Counted from the whole stretch's first letter, positions 1 through 11,128 are shown. The stretch: DNA of 63,992 bases, filler included, from a bacterium (GCA_037439705.1; 8 parts of 8 records of this genome joined end to end with filler, not necessarily neighbours in it); one strand, 5' to 3'. Numbers and translations: made by a program. Notes: generated by a model not told the origin, from the sequence alone.

Positions 1-1088
1 CCCTGAACAACTCCCACCTTTGGTTCATCAAGAAGAGCTTCTGAAAAAGATAAACTTCCGTCTATCACCTTCTTTGAAGTTGTCTTTTTTCCAAATGTGG
101 AGGATATGTTTGGAAATACATAAAATGCTCCCATAGGTTTGAGACATTTAATTCCCTCTATTGCATTCAGCCCCTCCACAATGAGATTTCTCCTTGCCTC
201 AAATTCCTTTCTCATATTTTCAACTGCCTCCTGAGGACCTTTTAATGCTTCTACAGCAGCCTTCATTGATATGGAAGTTGGATTTGAGGTGCTTTGACTC
301 TGGATGTTTATCATAGCATCTATTACTGGTTTTGGACCGAGGGCATATCCTATTCTCCATCCCGTCATTGAATATGTTTTGGAAACACCATTTACTACAA
401 TTGTTCTGTCCTTCAATTCGGGACATGCCTGAACGATATTTGAAAATTTTATTCCATCGTAAACGAGTTTTTCATAAATATCATCAGAAATTATGAATAC
501 CTTTTTGTATTTAAGGAGGACCTTGGCTATATCTTCAAGCTCTTCCCTCGTATAGGTCACGCCCGCAGGATTTGAAGGGCTGTTTAAAATTATTACTTTT
601 GTTTTAGGAGTTATGGCTCTTTTAAGTTTATCCGGGTCAAGTTTGAATCCTTCAACTTCTTTTGTTTTTACAATTTTTGGTTTTCCTCCGCAGAGAAGAA
701 CCATATCGGGATATGAAACCCAGTAGGGAGCAGGGATGAGCACCTCATCTCCTTCATCAACTAAACTCATAAGGGCATTGTATATTGAATGTTTTGCTCC
801 ACACGAAACAATCACCTCTGATGTTTTATATTCAAGTTCAAGGTCTTTTTTCATTTTTTCAACAATCGCCTCTTTCAGTTCAGGAATTCCTTCCACCGGA
901 CAGTACTTTGTAAAACCAGCATTTATTGCTTCAATTGCCTTTGCCTTTATGTTATCCGGCGTATCAAAATCGGGTTCTCCCGCTCCAAACCCAACTACAT
1001 CTATTCCCTGTGCCTTCATTGCTTTTATCTTTGCACTTACCGCAAGAGTAGGTGATGGTTTTATCTTCTTTACCCTTTTTGCCAGCAT
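1..1088 (-). CDS. aspC: PLP-dependent class I/II aminotransferase (aspartate aminotransferase-like); 3' end runs off the window
   Basis: Not in the ORF track. Manual translation from ATG 1088 gives MLAKRVKKIKPSPTLAV...GFGAGEPDFDTP...LNSPSNPAG...ISDDIY...VSKTYSMTGWRIGY (PLP lysine motif). GGAGG RBS upstream. Confidence 0.9.
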   Translation of the reverse strand, partial: MLAKRVKKIKPSPTLAVSAKIKAMKAQGIDVVGFGAGEPDFDTPDNIKAKAIEAINAGFTKYCPVEGIPELKEAIVEKMKKDLELEYKTSEVIVSCGAKHSIYNALMSLVDEGDEVLIPAPYWVSYPDMVLLCGGKPKIVKTKEVEGFKLDPDKLKRAITPKTKVIILNSPSNPAGVTYTREELEDIAKVLLKYKKVFIISDDIYEKLVYDGIKFSNIVQACPELKDRTIVVNGVSKTYSMTGWRIGYALGPKPVIDAMINIQSQSTSNPTSISMKAAVEALKGPQEAVENMRKEFEARRNLIVEGLNAIEGIKCLKPMGAFYVFPNISSTFGKKTTSKKVIDGSLSFSEALLDEPKVGVVQ

Positions 1089-1090
1089 AC

Positions 1091-1591
1091 TCACACCTCC
1101 TTCTTATTAAAAAATTTCTTTTTTATCATCTTTTCTACCGAAGAGGGAACCATACTTTTTACATTTCCTTTAAGAGACGCTATTTCTTTTATAAGGGAAG
1201 AACTGAAATATGAATAAGCTCCTTCTGTCATCATAAAAATTGTTTCACATTGAGGATTTAGTTTTTTGTTAGCAAGTGCCATCTGGAGTTCGTATTCAAA
1301 ATCCTGAACAGTCCTCAATCCCCTCAAAATGGTATTTATACCTTTCTTTTTTGCGTAGTCCATCAAAAGTCCCTTAAAGGTCTCAATTTCCACATTTTTA
1401 TACCCCTTTAAGGCTTCCTTTATCATCTTCACCCTCTCTTCAACTGTGAAAAGGGTCTTCTTGACAGTATCCTCTGATACTGCAATGATCACTTTATCAA
1501 ATATTCTAAGAGCCCTTTTTATTATGTTTATGTGTCCTATTGTTATAGGGTCAAAGGTTCCAGGATAAATAACTGCTGAGACCCTTTTCAT
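1091..1591 (-). CDS. coaD: Phosphopantetheine adenylyltransferase
   Basis: YPGTFDPITIGH, RGLR..DFEYE and SSS motifs; downstream of rsmD. Confidence 0.97.
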   Translation of the reverse strand: MKRVSAVIYPGTFDPITIGHINIIKRALRIFDKVIIAVSEDTVKKTLFTVEERVKMIKEALKGYKNVEIETFKGLLMDYAKKKGINTILRGLRTVQDFEYELQMALANKKLNPQCETIFMMTEGAYSYFSSSLIKEIASLKGNVKSMVPSSVEKMIKKKFFNKKEV

Positions 1592-2133
1592 TTTTTCCTC
1601 AAAAAATATATTTCAGAGTCTCCATAAGTTTTTCTTGAATAAACATCAAAATCAGAAAAATTTCCACATCTGGTTCCTTTTTTCAACCTCAACACAACCA
1701 CGCCATCTTCTTTTACAATTGATGAGAAAGGTTCAAAACATCCCGTAAGTCTTTTTAATGGAAATTCAAAAGGAGGGTCAATGAATACTATATCATAATT
1801 CTCATTCCTTTTTTTCAGAACCTTTATAGCCTTAAAAAAATCCATCATCAAAACCTCTGTCTTATCAACGAAACCAGTTTTTTTCAGATTTTCCTTTATG
1901 CATTCAATTGCTTCTTTAGAATTGTCAACCATTACTGCACCTTTTGCACCTCTGCTCAATGCTTCAATTGAGAAACTACCACTTCCAGCAAATAAATCAA
2001 GGATATTTGAATTTAAACTCCTCTCTCCCAATATGTTAAATACCGCACTCCTTATCATTCCTGTAGGGGGTCTGGCAGCTTTTTTAGGAACCTTAATAGG
2101 TATACCTTTTTTATCCCCTCCGGTAATTTTCAC
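1588..2133 (-). CDS. rsmD: 16S rRNA m2G966 methyltransferase
   Basis: MKITGG N-terminus, LDLFAGSG SAM motif, FIDPPF; conserved rsmD-coaD synteny. Confidence 0.92.
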   Translation of the reverse strand: MKITGGDKKGIPIKVPKKAARPPTGMIRSAVFNILGERSLNSNILDLFAGSGSFSIEALSRGAKGAVMVDNSKEAIECIKENLKKTGFVDKTEVLMMDFFKAIKVLKKRNENYDIVFIDPPFEFPLKRLTGCFEPFSSIVKEDGVVVLRLKKGTRCGNFSDFDVYSRKTYGDSEIYFLRKK

Positions 2134-3396
2134 CTAAGTCCCGAATTCCCATGAAGTCAGATATCTTTTTTGTTCCGGGGTCAACTCGTCAATTGATACC
2201 CCGAGGCTTTTTAATTTGAGAAGTGCAATTTTGCTGTCTATTTCCTGAGGAACAGGATAAACCTTTTTCTCAAGTTTGTTAGAATTTTGCACGAGAAATT
2301 CAACAGAAAGGGCTTGATTTGAAAAGCTCATGTCCATCACCGCAGAAGGATGTCCCTCTGCTGATGAAAGGTTTACAAGCCTTCCATCTGCAAGGAGGTA
2401 TATCTTTTTTCCATTTTTCAAACTGAATTCCTCAACGAAGTCCTTTATTTTTCTGATTCTTTTTGAAAGATTTTTGAGGTCAGGAATGTTTATCTCCACA
2501 TTAAAATGTCCCGAGTTGGCAACAATTGCTCCATCTTTCATCAGTTTAAAATGTTCTTCTCTTATCACATTTAAATTTCCTGTAGAAGTACAGAATATAT
2601 CCCCCTCTTTCGCTGCCTCTTTTAATGGTTTTACAGTAAATCCATCCATAATTGCTTCAAGAGCCCTGATAGCATCAACCTCACAAACAATTACATTCGC
2701 GCCCATTCCTTTTGCCCTTGTTGCAATCCCTCTTCCACACCACCCATATCCGCATACGACGAATTTCTTTCCTGCAAGAAGAATATTTGTTGCCCTCATA
2801 ATTCCATCTATTGTGCTCTGCCCTGTTCCATATCTGTTATCAAAAAGATATTTCGTATATGCATCGTTTACAGCAATTATAGGATACTCCAAAACCCCTT
2901 TTTCACACATTGCTCTTAGCATTATAACTCCGGTTGTGGTTTCTTCAGTTCCACCTATAACATTTTTTATCAGGTCTCTTCTTTTTTTATGAAGAGTTGA
3001 AACAAGATCAGCACCATCGTCCATTGTAATGTGAGGTCTGTTTTCAAGGCAGTAAATTATGTGATTGTAATAAGTTTTTCGGTCCTCTCCCTTTATAGCA
3101 TAGACCTTTATCCCTTCTTTCGCAAGCGCTGATGCTACATCGTCCTGTGTACTTAAAGGATTTGAGGCACAGAGTGCTACTTCTGCTCCTCCGTCCCTCA
3201 AAGCGAGAACAAGGTTGGCAGTTTCTGTGGTAACATGAAGACAGGCTGAGATGTGAATTCCTTTTAATGGCTTTCTTTTTAGAAAATTATTGTGAATGGA
3301 AGCAAGAACTGGCATTTCCCTTCTTGCCCATTCTATTCTCATCTTCCCTTTTTTGAAAAGATTTATGTCCTTTACTTCGTATGCAGGTACCTTCAA
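2134..3396 (-). CDS. ahcY: Adenosylhomocysteinase
   Basis: [52 protein letters not shown]. Confidence 0.98.
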   Translation of the reverse strand: MKVPAYEVKDINLFKKGKMRIEWARREMPVLASIHNNFLKRKPLKGIHISACLHVTTETANLVLALRDGGAEVALCASNPLSTQDDVASALAKEGIKVYAIKGEDRKTYYNHIIYCLENRPHITMDDGADLVSTLHKKRRDLIKNVIGGTEETTTGVIMLRAMCEKGVLEYPIIAVNDAYTKYLFDNRYGTGQSTIDGIMRATNILLAGKKFVVCGYGWCGRGIATRAKGMGANVIVCEVDAIRALEAIMDGFTVKPLKEAAKEGDIFCTSTGNLNVIREEHFKLMKDGAIVANSGHFNVEINIPDLKNLSKRIRKIKDFVEEFSLKNGKKIYLLADGRLVNLSSAEGHPSAVMDMSFSNQALSVEFLVQNSNKLEKKVYPVPQEIDSKIALLKLKSLGVSIDELTPEQKRYLTSWEFGT

Positions 3397-4550
3397 CTTA
3401 ACATCTCCTTTATTTTTTCTGCTTTATCTGTCCTTTCCCATGTGAATTCTTTTTCATTTCTTCCGAAGTGCCCATAAACTGCGGTTTTTCTGTAGAGTGG
3501 TCTTAAAAGGTCAAGTTCTTCAATTATTTCTCTCGGTCTCAGTGGAAAAAGTTTTCTCACTACCTTTTCTATCTTCTCCTCAGGAACTTTAGAGGTACCA
3601 AATGTCTCTATATAAAGAGAAACGGGCTCAGCAACCCCTATAACATAGGCTATCTGAACCTCACATCTTTCAGCAATTCCGCTTGCAACAATATTTTTCG
3701 CTATATATCTCGCCATATATGCTCCAGATCTGTCCACTTTTGACGGGTCTTTTCCTGAAAAAGCCCCTCCTCCGTGTCTGCTGAATCCTCCGTATGTATC
3801 AACCATTATTTTTCTACCGGTAAGTCCGCAATCTCCCTGAGGACCACCTATAATGAACCTTCCAGTTGGATTTATGAAAAACTTAACATTAGATGAAAGA
3901 AGGTCTTTACTTATAACCTTTTTTATAACCTCTTCAATGACAAATTCCTTAAGTTCCTTATCTCCTACATCTGGAGAATGCTGACAGGATACGACAACTG
4001 CTTCCACACTTTTCGGTCTCCAGTTTTCATATCTCATAGTAACCTGACTTTTTCCATCGGGTCTTATAAAATTCACAATTCTTTTCTTACGAATCTCTGC
4101 CAGTCGCTTTACTATACCGTGAGCAAAAACTATTGGCATAGGCATAAGTTCTTCTGTATCCCTGCATGCATATCCAAACATCAAACCCTGGTCACCGGCT
4201 CCCTGTTCCTTTTTGTTTTTTTTGTCAACCCCTATTTTTATATCCTCTGACTGTTTTCCAACCATAACAATGACCCCGCAGGTGTTTGCGTCAAAACCCA
4301 TTTCAGAGGATGTATATCCTATATCCCTTATAACTCCCCTTACTATCTCTTCATAATTGAGTTCAGCAGTTGTTGTTATTTCTCCTGCCACAACTACTAC
4401 CCCGGTCTTCGTGAGCGCTTCACATGCAACCCTGCAGTTTTTATCTTTTTCAAGTGCTTTATCAAGAACAGCATCTGAGATTTGGTCACACATTTTATCT
4501 GGGTGTCCCTCTGTTACCGATTCAGATGTAAAAAGAAAATCTACTTTCAT
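3393..4550 (-). CDS. metK: S-adenosylmethionine synthetase
   Basis: [35 protein letters not shown]. Confidence 0.99.
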   Translation of the reverse strand: MKVDFLFTSESVTEGHPDKMCDQISDAVLDKALEKDKNCRVACEALTKTGVVVVAGEITTTAELNYEEIVRGVIRDIGYTSSEMGFDANTCGVIVMVGKQSEDIKIGVDKKNKKEQGAGDQGLMFGYACRDTEELMPMPIVFAHGIVKRLAEIRKKRIVNFIRPDGKSQVTMRYENWRPKSVEAVVVSCQHSPDVGDKELKEFVIEEVIKKVISKDLLSSNVKFFINPTGRFIIGGPQGDCGLTGRKIMVDTYGGFSRHGGGAFSGKDPSKVDRSGAYMARYIAKNIVASGIAERCEVQIAYVIGVAEPVSLYIETFGTSKVPEEKIEKVVRKLFPLRPREIIEELDLLRPLYRKTAVYGHFGRNEKEFTWERTDKAEKIKEMLS

Positions 4551-4576
4551 TTTGCCTCCTTTTCCAATTTTTGGAA

Positions 4577-4605
4577 ATAATAAACAGAACTTTTTCTCTT
4601 TTCAA
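4577..4605 (-). promoter_or_regulatory. Sigma70-type promoter of the metK operon
   Basis: TTGAAA-17 nt-TATTAT on the minus strand, followed by GGAGG RBS and the metK ATG. Confidence 0.6.
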
Positions 4606-4688
4606 CAATAATTTGTAGAAGAACACGACATTGCGAGCATGGGGGAAGGGAATGAAGATTTGATTTAAAAAAATAAAAGATAAATCGC

Positions 4689-4717
4689 TTGCTTAAAATG
4701 TTTTAAAATTGTATAAT
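4689..4717 (+). promoter_or_regulatory. Sigma70-type promoter of tRNA-Met
   Basis: TTGCTT-17 nt-TATAAT, 10 nt upstream of the tRNA. Confidence 0.65.
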
Positions 4718-4727
4718 CTCAAAAAAT

Positions 4728-4799
4728 GGCGACGTAGCTCAGAGGTAGAGCAGGGGTCTCATAAGCCCTGTGTCGTAGGTTCGAGTCCTACCGTCGCCA
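4728..4799 (+). tRNA. tRNA with CAT anticodon, probably elongator Met; CCA not encoded
   Basis: Acceptor stem GGCGACG/CGTCGCC, D arm GCTC/GAGC, anticodon loop CTCATAA, T arm GTAGG-TTCGAGT-CCTAC. Confidence 0.93.
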
Positions 4800-4815
4800 G
4801 ATTTCAGGGGGAAAT

Positions 4816-5256
4816 ATGAAAATAGAACTCACAAAAGAACAATTTAAAGCCCTGCTAAAGCTTGGCTACATAGCAAGATGGATAGCCACATACAGAAACG
4901 CAGAAGATGTGGAAGAATACGTGTCTCTTGAAGAATATCTTTTCTCGCTGGCTGATGGATACGGATTGGGAGAGTTCACTGAATACAATGAAGAAATAGA
5001 TGGTTATATGCCATCTAGCGAGTTTGAAGAAGAAACAAATATAAGGGAATTTATAAATGAATATGAAGATTCTATATTCTGGGATCAGTTGATAAGCAGA
5101 TTGGTTTACAGAGACCTCATCAGGTCCTTCGGTGAAGAAAATCTCAAAAACGCAAGCAAAGAAGAAATAATGGAAAGACAGGAAAGACTTGTAAAAGGTT
5201 ACCTTCAAGAATTTTCAAGGAATGGAATTGAAAATTTAGAGATTGTGAAAAGGTAA
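4816..5256 (+). CDS. Hypothetical acidic protein (146 aa)
   Basis: Clean ORF with GGGGG RBS directly after tRNA-Met; no recognisable motif. Confidence 0.75.
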   Translation: MKIELTKEQFKALLKLGYIARWIATYRNAEDVEEYVSLEEYLFSLADGYGLGEFTEYNEEIDGYMPSSEFEEETNIREFINEYEDSIFWDQLISRLVYRDLIRSFGEENLKNASKEEIMERQERLVKGYLQEFSRNGIENLEIVKR

Positions 5257-5412
5257 TTTTTTTTGCCTCTCCTTTCGCTACCACAAAATTTATATCCTCC
5301 TACTCCCTGTTGGAACAAATCAACAGTGTTATCGCACAAATGCAAAATTTTTTCTAATTCCTAACTTTTGGATAATTATCATTTCGCAATTTGACTTTTG
5401 CAATTTTCATTT

Positions 5413-6789
5413 TTAATAGGCTCCCTTTCTTTTTAAAACTGCTGGAACCGTTTTGAAAATTATGAAAAGGTCAAGAACTATTGACCTGTTTTTTATGTAA
5501 TAAAAATCGTAATGTATGTTCTCCTGAAGTGGCAAGTCCTTTCTCCCAAGAATCTGCCATAATCCTGTAATGCCAGGCTTTACATCAAGCCTTTTTCTTT
5601 CCCACTTTGAATATCTTTCAACTATAAATGGCATCTCCGGCCTTGGTCCTACAAGACTCATCTCTCCCTTTAGAACATTTATAAGCTGTGGAAGTTCGTC
5701 AAGACTTGTTCTCCTTAAAAACCTTCCAAACCTTGTAATCCTCGGGTCATCCTCATTTTTCGGGGACTCTGAAAAAAGAGGGGTATGGACGAACATAGTT
5801 CTGAATTTATAAAGGATAAATTTTTTGCCTTTATACCCTACCCTTTCCTGTTTAAAAAATACTGGACCCTTTGAATCAAGTTTTATACCAACTGCTATAA
5901 AAATCCAGAGTGGAAAGGTTAGAATTATTAGAAATCCTGCTATCACCAGATCCATAACCCTTTTCAAAAAAAGATAAACTGGTGAAACCTCACCGCTTCC
6001 AAGTTCAAGAATGGGAAAGTCTCCCACAAGGTCAACCCTGCTTTCTTTTGATAAAACGTTGAAAGCCTCTGAAACAAGCCTGAACCTAACCCCTGTATTT
6101 TCCATCTCAGATATCCATTCCATTACCTTATCTTTCTGCATGGATGGAAGAGCAATAACTACCTCCTCTACCCTGTATTTCTTTATGAAATCCTCTATTT
6201 TATCGGGCGTTCCAAGAACCTCAATGCCTCCTATTTTTTTCCCGACTTTCTCAGGGTCAGCATCAACGAATCCAATAACATTAAATCCAATTTCAGGATA
6301 ATCCTGAATCTTCTGAAGAACCCTTGCCCCTGTAACCCCAGCACCCACAATTATAACATTCCTTCTACCATAACCCTTTTTCCTCAATTCTCTCTCAATT
6401 CTGTGATAAACAAGCCTAAAGACACCAAGAAAAATGAAATTATAAATATTAAAAAGCAAAACCACAGACCTTCCGAGATAAAACTCTCTAAAAAGAAAGG
6501 CGATCGACATAACAATTCCTGCTCCGAGAAGCGCGCTCCTTATAAATATCTGAATTTCTTCCACCAATGTTATATCTTTCCTCCTTCTGTAAAGACCATA
6601 TAGATAACTCCCGACCAGCCATGAAATTATTACCAGTGGTAATGCTTTAAGGTATGGGGTTAACGGGTTAATCTGATAACCAAAAATTGAAACCAATCTT
6701 GTCCTCGTCCAGTATGCAAACAACCAGGATAAGGATAGAATTATGGCATCACCAACTATGAGGATTATTTTTGGAAATTTTTCCTTCAT
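5413..6789 (-). CDS. Polyprenyl-phosphate hexose-1-phosphate transferase (WcaJ/WbaP family)
   Basis: Four N-terminal TMs, IVGAG Rossmann-like domain, [37 protein letters not shown]. Confidence 0.93.
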   Translation of the reverse strand: MKEKFPKIILIVGDAIILSLSWLFAYWTRTRLVSIFGYQINPLTPYLKALPLVIISWLVGSYLYGLYRRRKDITLVEEIQIFIRSALLGAGIVMSIAFLFREFYLGRSVVLLFNIYNFIFLGVFRLVYHRIERELRKKGYGRRNVIIVGAGVTGARVLQKIQDYPEIGFNVIGFVDADPEKVGKKIGGIEVLGTPDKIEDFIKKYRVEEVVIALPSMQKDKVMEWISEMENTGVRFRLVSEAFNVLSKESRVDLVGDFPILELGSGEVSPVYLFLKRVMDLVIAGFLIILTFPLWIFIAVGIKLDSKGPVFFKQERVGYKGKKFILYKFRTMFVHTPLFSESPKNEDDPRITRFGRFLRRTSLDELPQLINVLKGEMSLVGPRPEMPFIVERYSKWERKRLDVKPGITGLWQILGRKDLPLQENIHYDFYYIKNRSIVLDLFIIFKTVPAVLKRKGAY

Positions 6790-8429
6790 CTTTTTTCCCT
6801 CAATTTTTTTATCCTTTCATCGTATATCACAGCCTCTTTCATTTTTCCCTCATATCTCAAAATCATACTCATTGCTCCGTTTGCTGCTAAATGATAAGGA
6901 GAAAGCCTCAAAACTTCAAGAAGAATTTTCTTAGCAGAATCTATTTCCCCCATTTTCATCTTTGTCTCTGCCAGATTATAAAGCGCCACAAAATTGCCAT
7001 TAAAGAGTTTTAAACATTTTCTGTAATACTTCTCTGCAAGTTTTGTTTCACCCTTTACTCCATAAAAGTTTCCCAAGTAGTAATAGTCTTTATAAAAAAT
7101 CAGGTCAAAAAGAAATTTTCTGGAAATTTGAATTGATGCCTCAGCGGAATATGGATTTGGATTTTTCAAAAATTTCATATAAACGGATGTGAGCTTTATT
7201 CTCACAAAAAGAGAAATAACACAAAGAACCGCAAATACAAGTCCTGAAAAAAGAAATACCCAGGGATTCAGTTTTATTTTGTAAATAATCCGGGAATCCG
7301 AAAAGGTAATGATTGAAAGAGCAAAACAAAGCGTGGCGGGATTCCTTAACGGGTAATCAATGAGGGAAATGAGGAAAATTGTAATATAAGAGAGAAGAAG
7401 AAACCTTGAGCTTTCATCCTTTTTTCTGAAAAGCAAAAAAGCTCCGTATCCAATCATCACAAGAAATATGACTCCGCCAAAAATCCCTGTTTCTACGAAA
7501 TTTGAAATTATATCGTTGTGAGCATTTTCCACAAATTGAACCTGATATTTTGAGGTAATCAGAAATGCAGTTTCATCGGACCAGAAAAATGGAAAAGCTG
7601 AAGGAAAGGCCGAAAGCCCGCATCCCGAAAGCGGATGAGTTTTTAAAATGCTTAGAGAATCCAGCCAGAGAAGAAGTCTGATTCTGTTAGGTTCGTAGGA
7701 TGGATCAAGTGTTTTCTTCAAAGCGGATTTAAAAGAGGGTGTTAAAAGGATAACGAGCAGAAAGGGGATGAAAAAGATAGAATTTTTTAGACTCTTCTGG
7801 AAAAGTATCGATGCAAAAAATGCAAAAATGCTCCCGAACACGCCAGCCCTTGAACCGCTTAAAAAAGAAATTCCTGTAAAAAATAATCCTCCCGGAAGGG
7901 AAAATGAAAAGGGAAAGAATAAAAATATGAGGGGTATAGATGAAGCAACAAGATGGGAAAATGGATTTCTGTGCCCAATAGCAAAGTTTATCATAGAAGT
8001 ACCATACGCATCCTTTGGAAGTTCTTTTATTCCAGTTATGTGAAAAATCCACTGAAGATATCCTCCAACAACTACCACAAAAACGGATAAAAGTATATAT
8101 TTAAAAATAACCTCTTTTTTTCCATCGTTAAAAAGAGCTATTGAAAATGCAAAAAGTCCCAGAAGGGAAATAAGTCCTTCAATCGTTTTTGAAACAGAAT
8201 AAGAATTGAAAATGGAGATAAAGGACAAAAGAATAAAAAGAACAAAAAAAAGATGAAAGAGGCTGAATTTTAATTCTCCATTTTTTTTCAGCACAAAAAA
8301 CAGGTATAAAAATGATATACCAGGCAGAAAATACCATTTAGCCCTGTATGTGAATTCAAAGGCACCCGGGATAAAAAGCAAAACAGCGGAAAAAGCGAAA
8401 AGGAAAAGAAAAATTCTATCCCCTCTCAC
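6786..8429 (-). CDS. O-antigen ligase (Wzy_C) family membrane protein with C-terminal TPR repeats
   Basis: Multi-pass; SGSRAG, RIRLLLW, HPLSGCG and NAHND motifs; C-terminal TPR-like YYYLG...ALYNLA. Confidence 0.82.
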   Translation of the reverse strand: MRGDRIFLFLFAFSAVLLFIPGAFEFTYRAKWYFLPGISFLYLFFVLKKNGELKFSLFHLFFVLFILLSFISIFNSYSVSKTIEGLISLLGLFAFSIALFNDGKKEVIFKYILLSVFVVVVGGYLQWIFHITGIKELPKDAYGTSMINFAIGHRNPFSHLVASSIPLIFLFFPFSFSLPGGLFFTGISFLSGSRAGVFGSIFAFFASILFQKSLKNSIFFIPFLLVILLTPSFKSALKKTLDPSYEPNRIRLLLWLDSLSILKTHPLSGCGLSAFPSAFPFFWSDETAFLITSKYQVQFVENAHNDIISNFVETGIFGGVIFLVMIGYGAFLLFRKKDESSRFLLLSYITIFLISLIDYPLRNPATLCFALSIITFSDSRIIYKIKLNPWVFLFSGLVFAVLCVISLFVRIKLTSVYMKFLKNPNPYSAEASIQISRKFLFDLIFYKDYYYLGNFYGVKGETKLAEKYYRKCLKLFNGNFVALYNLAETKMKMGEIDSAKKILLEVLRLSPYHLAANGAMSMILRYEGKMKEAVIYDERIKKLREKR

Positions 8430-8449
8430 CCTGATACCTGTAAACCTGC

Positions 8450-8549
8450 NNNNNNNNNNNNNNNNNNNNNNNNNNNNNNNNNNNNNNNNNNNNTTAATTA
8501 ATTAANNNNNNNNNNNNNNNNNNNNNNNNNNNNNNNNNNNNNNNNNNNN
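8450..8549. other. Artificial contig linker (N-TTAATTAATTAA-N)
   Basis: 100-nt spacer carrying a six-frame stop motif; occurs seven times in the window. Confidence 0.97.
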
Positions 8550-8618
8550 ATGCTTCAAAGGGCATCACTTCTTTTGAAGAAAAAAGTTGAACCAGTTGTG
8601 GAAAGGGGAAACCTGTGA
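8550..8618 (+). CDS. C-terminal fragment of a probable ECF sigma factor
   Basis: LQRASLLLKKK resembles the end of sigma region 4; stop overlaps the start of a zf-HC2 anti-sigma gene. Confidence 0.45.
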   Translation: MLQRASLLLKKKVEPVVERGNL

Positions 8619-8854
8619 GAAGAAAGAAGGAATGTAAAAAAATATACACATTTCTCGTTGATTATTTAGAAGGAACGCTTGATGAAGAGATTTCAAGGAG
8701 GTTTGAGGTTCACATAATAGATTGTGAGGAATGTCATAGATTTATTGAAACCTATAGAAAATGCGTGGAAGTGGTTAAAAATTTTGAGGTTGAGATACCT
8801 GATGACCTTGAGGAAAGGCTCTATTATTTTATCAAAAATGTGCTGAATAAATAA
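8615..8854 (+). CDS. zf-HC2 zinc-binding anti-sigma factor domain protein
   Basis: C...LVDYLEGTL...HIIDCEEC (HxxxCxxC). Confidence 0.85.
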   Translation: MRRKKECKKIYTFLVDYLEGTLDEEISRRFEVHIIDCEECHRFIETYRKCVEVVKNFEVEIPDDLEERLYYFIKNVLNK

Positions 8855-8858
8855 GCTT

Positions 8859-10088
8859 ATGGAATGGGATATATCAAAATGCTGGATTCATGGCTTCAGA
8901 ATAGAAATGGACAGGTTCTTTTTGAATTCTACAAATTTTGAAGAAATCTGGACAACAGGAAGAGGGTACTGGAGAAAAAAATTTGCCTTTACCTTCCTTC
9001 CTCATTTCATAGATGAAGATTCTTTTTTAGGAATTTTAAAAGGGAATTTGAATTCTGAATTTCCGGAGGACCCTGTGCCAGAAGGATATGAAAAGAAATT
9101 TTTTCAACAGCCTCTAAATATATCTCAAAAGAATGGTAAGGAAATCCTTATGGAACTGAGGAACGAGATTGAAAAAGAGAAGGGAGTAAGAATTGAAAAA
9201 ATTTTTATAACCTTTGAGAAAAGGAACCTATCCATCAAAAATTCAAAAGGAATGAATGTGGAAGGAAGCACAGAGGGAATAATCATAGGAGGAGAAATAA
9301 TAGTGGAAATGGAAAACGATCAACAAATAAATTATGATTTCTTTTATTTTAATGAATTGGATTTTGATTTAAAAAAACTGTCCGGTTTTCTCGTGGAACC
9401 TGCAAAAGCCCTTTTGAAAAGTGAAAAACCACCTACAGGAATTTTCAGAGGCATACTTATAAACAGAGTGATGTGCGAGTTTTTTGACGCTTTTATACAG
9501 TCCTTCACAGCGGAGGCGCTTTTCAAAAACAGGACCCTTTTGAAGGGAAAAGAAGGGGAAAAAATTTTTTCTGATATCCTCACGGTAGAAGAAAATAATC
9601 CCTCGTTCAGAGAACCTTTCTACATGCCCTTTGATGGCGAAGGAGTAAAAAAGGAAAGGAGTTTTATCATAAAAAATGGGGTTTTTGAGGATTTTCTCTA
9701 TAATACTGCCTTAGGAAGGCTTTACGGAAAAAAACCGCAAGGAAGTTCAAAATCCAGTCCTCCATCACCTCCAGCACTCACAGGCTCATCTATTCTCATA
9801 AGGGGAGATACTTCCCTCCAGAATCTTTCAGAAAGACTTGAAGAGGGATGCATAATCACAACAATTATAGGAGGGCATACGGTAAATCCAGTCACCGGAG
9901 AAATTTCAGTGGGAGCGAGCGGAATTTTTATAAAAAATGGGGAAAGAAAACCTTTCACTGGAGGCATCATCTCCGGGAACTTTTTTGATATGCTTAATAA
10001 AATAGAGGCCATAGGTAACGATTTCAGGACCATAAAGGAGATAACCTCTCCTTCCATATTAATTTCAGAAATAAATCTCGGAGGCTAA
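8859..10088 (+). CDS. TldD/PmbA family protein (PmbA-like)
   Basis: PFDGEG, IIKNG, HTVNPVTGEISVG, ISGN and SPSILISEINLGG C-terminal motifs. Confidence 0.85.
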   Translation: MEWDISKCWIHGFRIEMDRFFLNSTNFEEIWTTGRGYWRKKFAFTFLPHFIDEDSFLGILKGNLNSEFPEDPVPEGYEKKFFQQPLNISQKNGKEILMELRNEIEKEKGVRIEKIFITFEKRNLSIKNSKGMNVEGSTEGIIIGGEIIVEMENDQQINYDFFYFNELDFDLKKLSGFLVEPAKALLKSEKPPTGIFRGILINRVMCEFFDAFIQSFTAEALFKNRTLLKGKEGEKIFSDILTVEENNPSFREPFYMPFDGEGVKKERSFIIKNGVFEDFLYNTALGRLYGKKPQGSSKSSPPSPPALTGSSILIRGDTSLQNLSERLEEGCIITTIIGGHTVNPVTGEISVGASGIFIKNGERKPFTGGIISGNFFDMLNKIEAIGNDFRTIKEITSPSILISEINLGG

Positions 10089-10090
10089 AA

Positions 10091-10456
10091 ATGGGGAAAA
10101 ATGAAAAGCCCACTGTTTACAAACCGGCGCCCGATTCATTTTTATACGATTTCAAGGCAACGGGATTGACCATCGTTTTGACCGTAACCAAAGGAGTTGA
10201 TAAAGGAAAGAGTGTAAAGGTTTCTGATACCCCATTCATCATAGGAAGGGAGGAAGATGTTGATTTTCAACTTTCCGATGAAGCTGTATCACGGATGCAT
10301 TCAATTATAATATATGAAAACGGAAAGATATACATAAGAGATATGGATAGCAAAAATGGAACATACCTGAACGGGAAAAGAATTGTAAAAGAAGAACTTA
10401 AAAACGAAGACATACTGAGAATAGGAGATACAACAATAAAAGTTGAAATCTCGTAA
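10091..10456 (+). CDS. FHA domain protein
   Basis: IGR...VSRMH...DMDSKNGTYLNG. Confidence 0.92.
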   Translation: MGKNEKPTVYKPAPDSFLYDFKATGLTIVLTVTKGVDKGKSVKVSDTPFIIGREEDVDFQLSDEAVSRMHSIIIYENGKIYIRDMDSKNGTYLNGKRIVKEELKNEDILRIGDTTIKVEIS

Positions 10457-10504
10457 AGGACAGAATAGAATGAGTAAAGGGATGTTCAGGAATGAGGATA
10501 AAAT

Positions 10505-11128
10505 ATGAGATGTCCAAAATGCGGATATGTATTTTTTGAGGAAACCTATGAGTGCCCAAAATGTGGGGCAGAGCTGGAAGAAGATACTATTCTTTTTGAA
10601 GATGAAGGGGTTGAAAAATCGGAACCAGTCTTTGTAGAAGAAAAAACAAAGGATGAAAGGAAAAAGACAAAACCATCAACCCTTGAGCTTCCTTTCAAAG
10701 AAGAAAAACCTGAGAAAAAGGTTCTCATCCCCGCCCCCATAGGATTGAGGGCAGGTGCAGCTTTGATTGATCTTATTATAATTCTTTCAATCGGCGTTTT
10801 AACTACACTTTTACCCTATCATTTAGGGGATGGGGCATTTTCTGTTTCGCAATTTTTTGTGTGGGGAATTATAATTTTCCTTGAGACAATCCTTTATTTC
10901 TCGCTCTCCCATTATCTTATGGCTTCAACCATCGGAAAAGCTTTTTTTGAAATAGAAATTTCAGCATATAAGAGGGAGCTGAGTTTTCCGCTTCTCCTCT
11001 TAAAATCAATTCTCGGTTTCATCCTCACACTTCCACTTTTTCTTACATGGATATACACCCTTGTGAACGAAGACGAAATACCTCTTCACGATGTTATCCT
11101 GGGGGTCTTAAGCGTTGAAAAGGAGTGA
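10505..11128 (+). CDS. RDD family membrane protein with N-terminal zinc ribbon
   Basis: CPKC...CPKC; R.GAALID...T.GK...LHD. Confidence 0.85.
   Translation: MRCPKCGYVFFEETYECPKCGAELEEDTILFEDEGVEKSEPVFVEEKTKDERKKTKPSTLELPFKEEKPEKKVLIPAPIGLRAGAALIDLIIILSIGVLTTLLPYHLGDGAFSVSQFFVWGIIIFLETILYFSLSHYLMASTIGKAFFEIEISAYKRELSFPLLLLKSILGFILTLPLFLTWIYTLVNEDEIPLHDVILGVLSVEKE

Noticed and set aside
4551-4727. Possible SAM riboswitch upstream of metK
   Set aside because: No SAM-I/II core motifs recognised; the predicted promoter is only about 26 nt from the ATG
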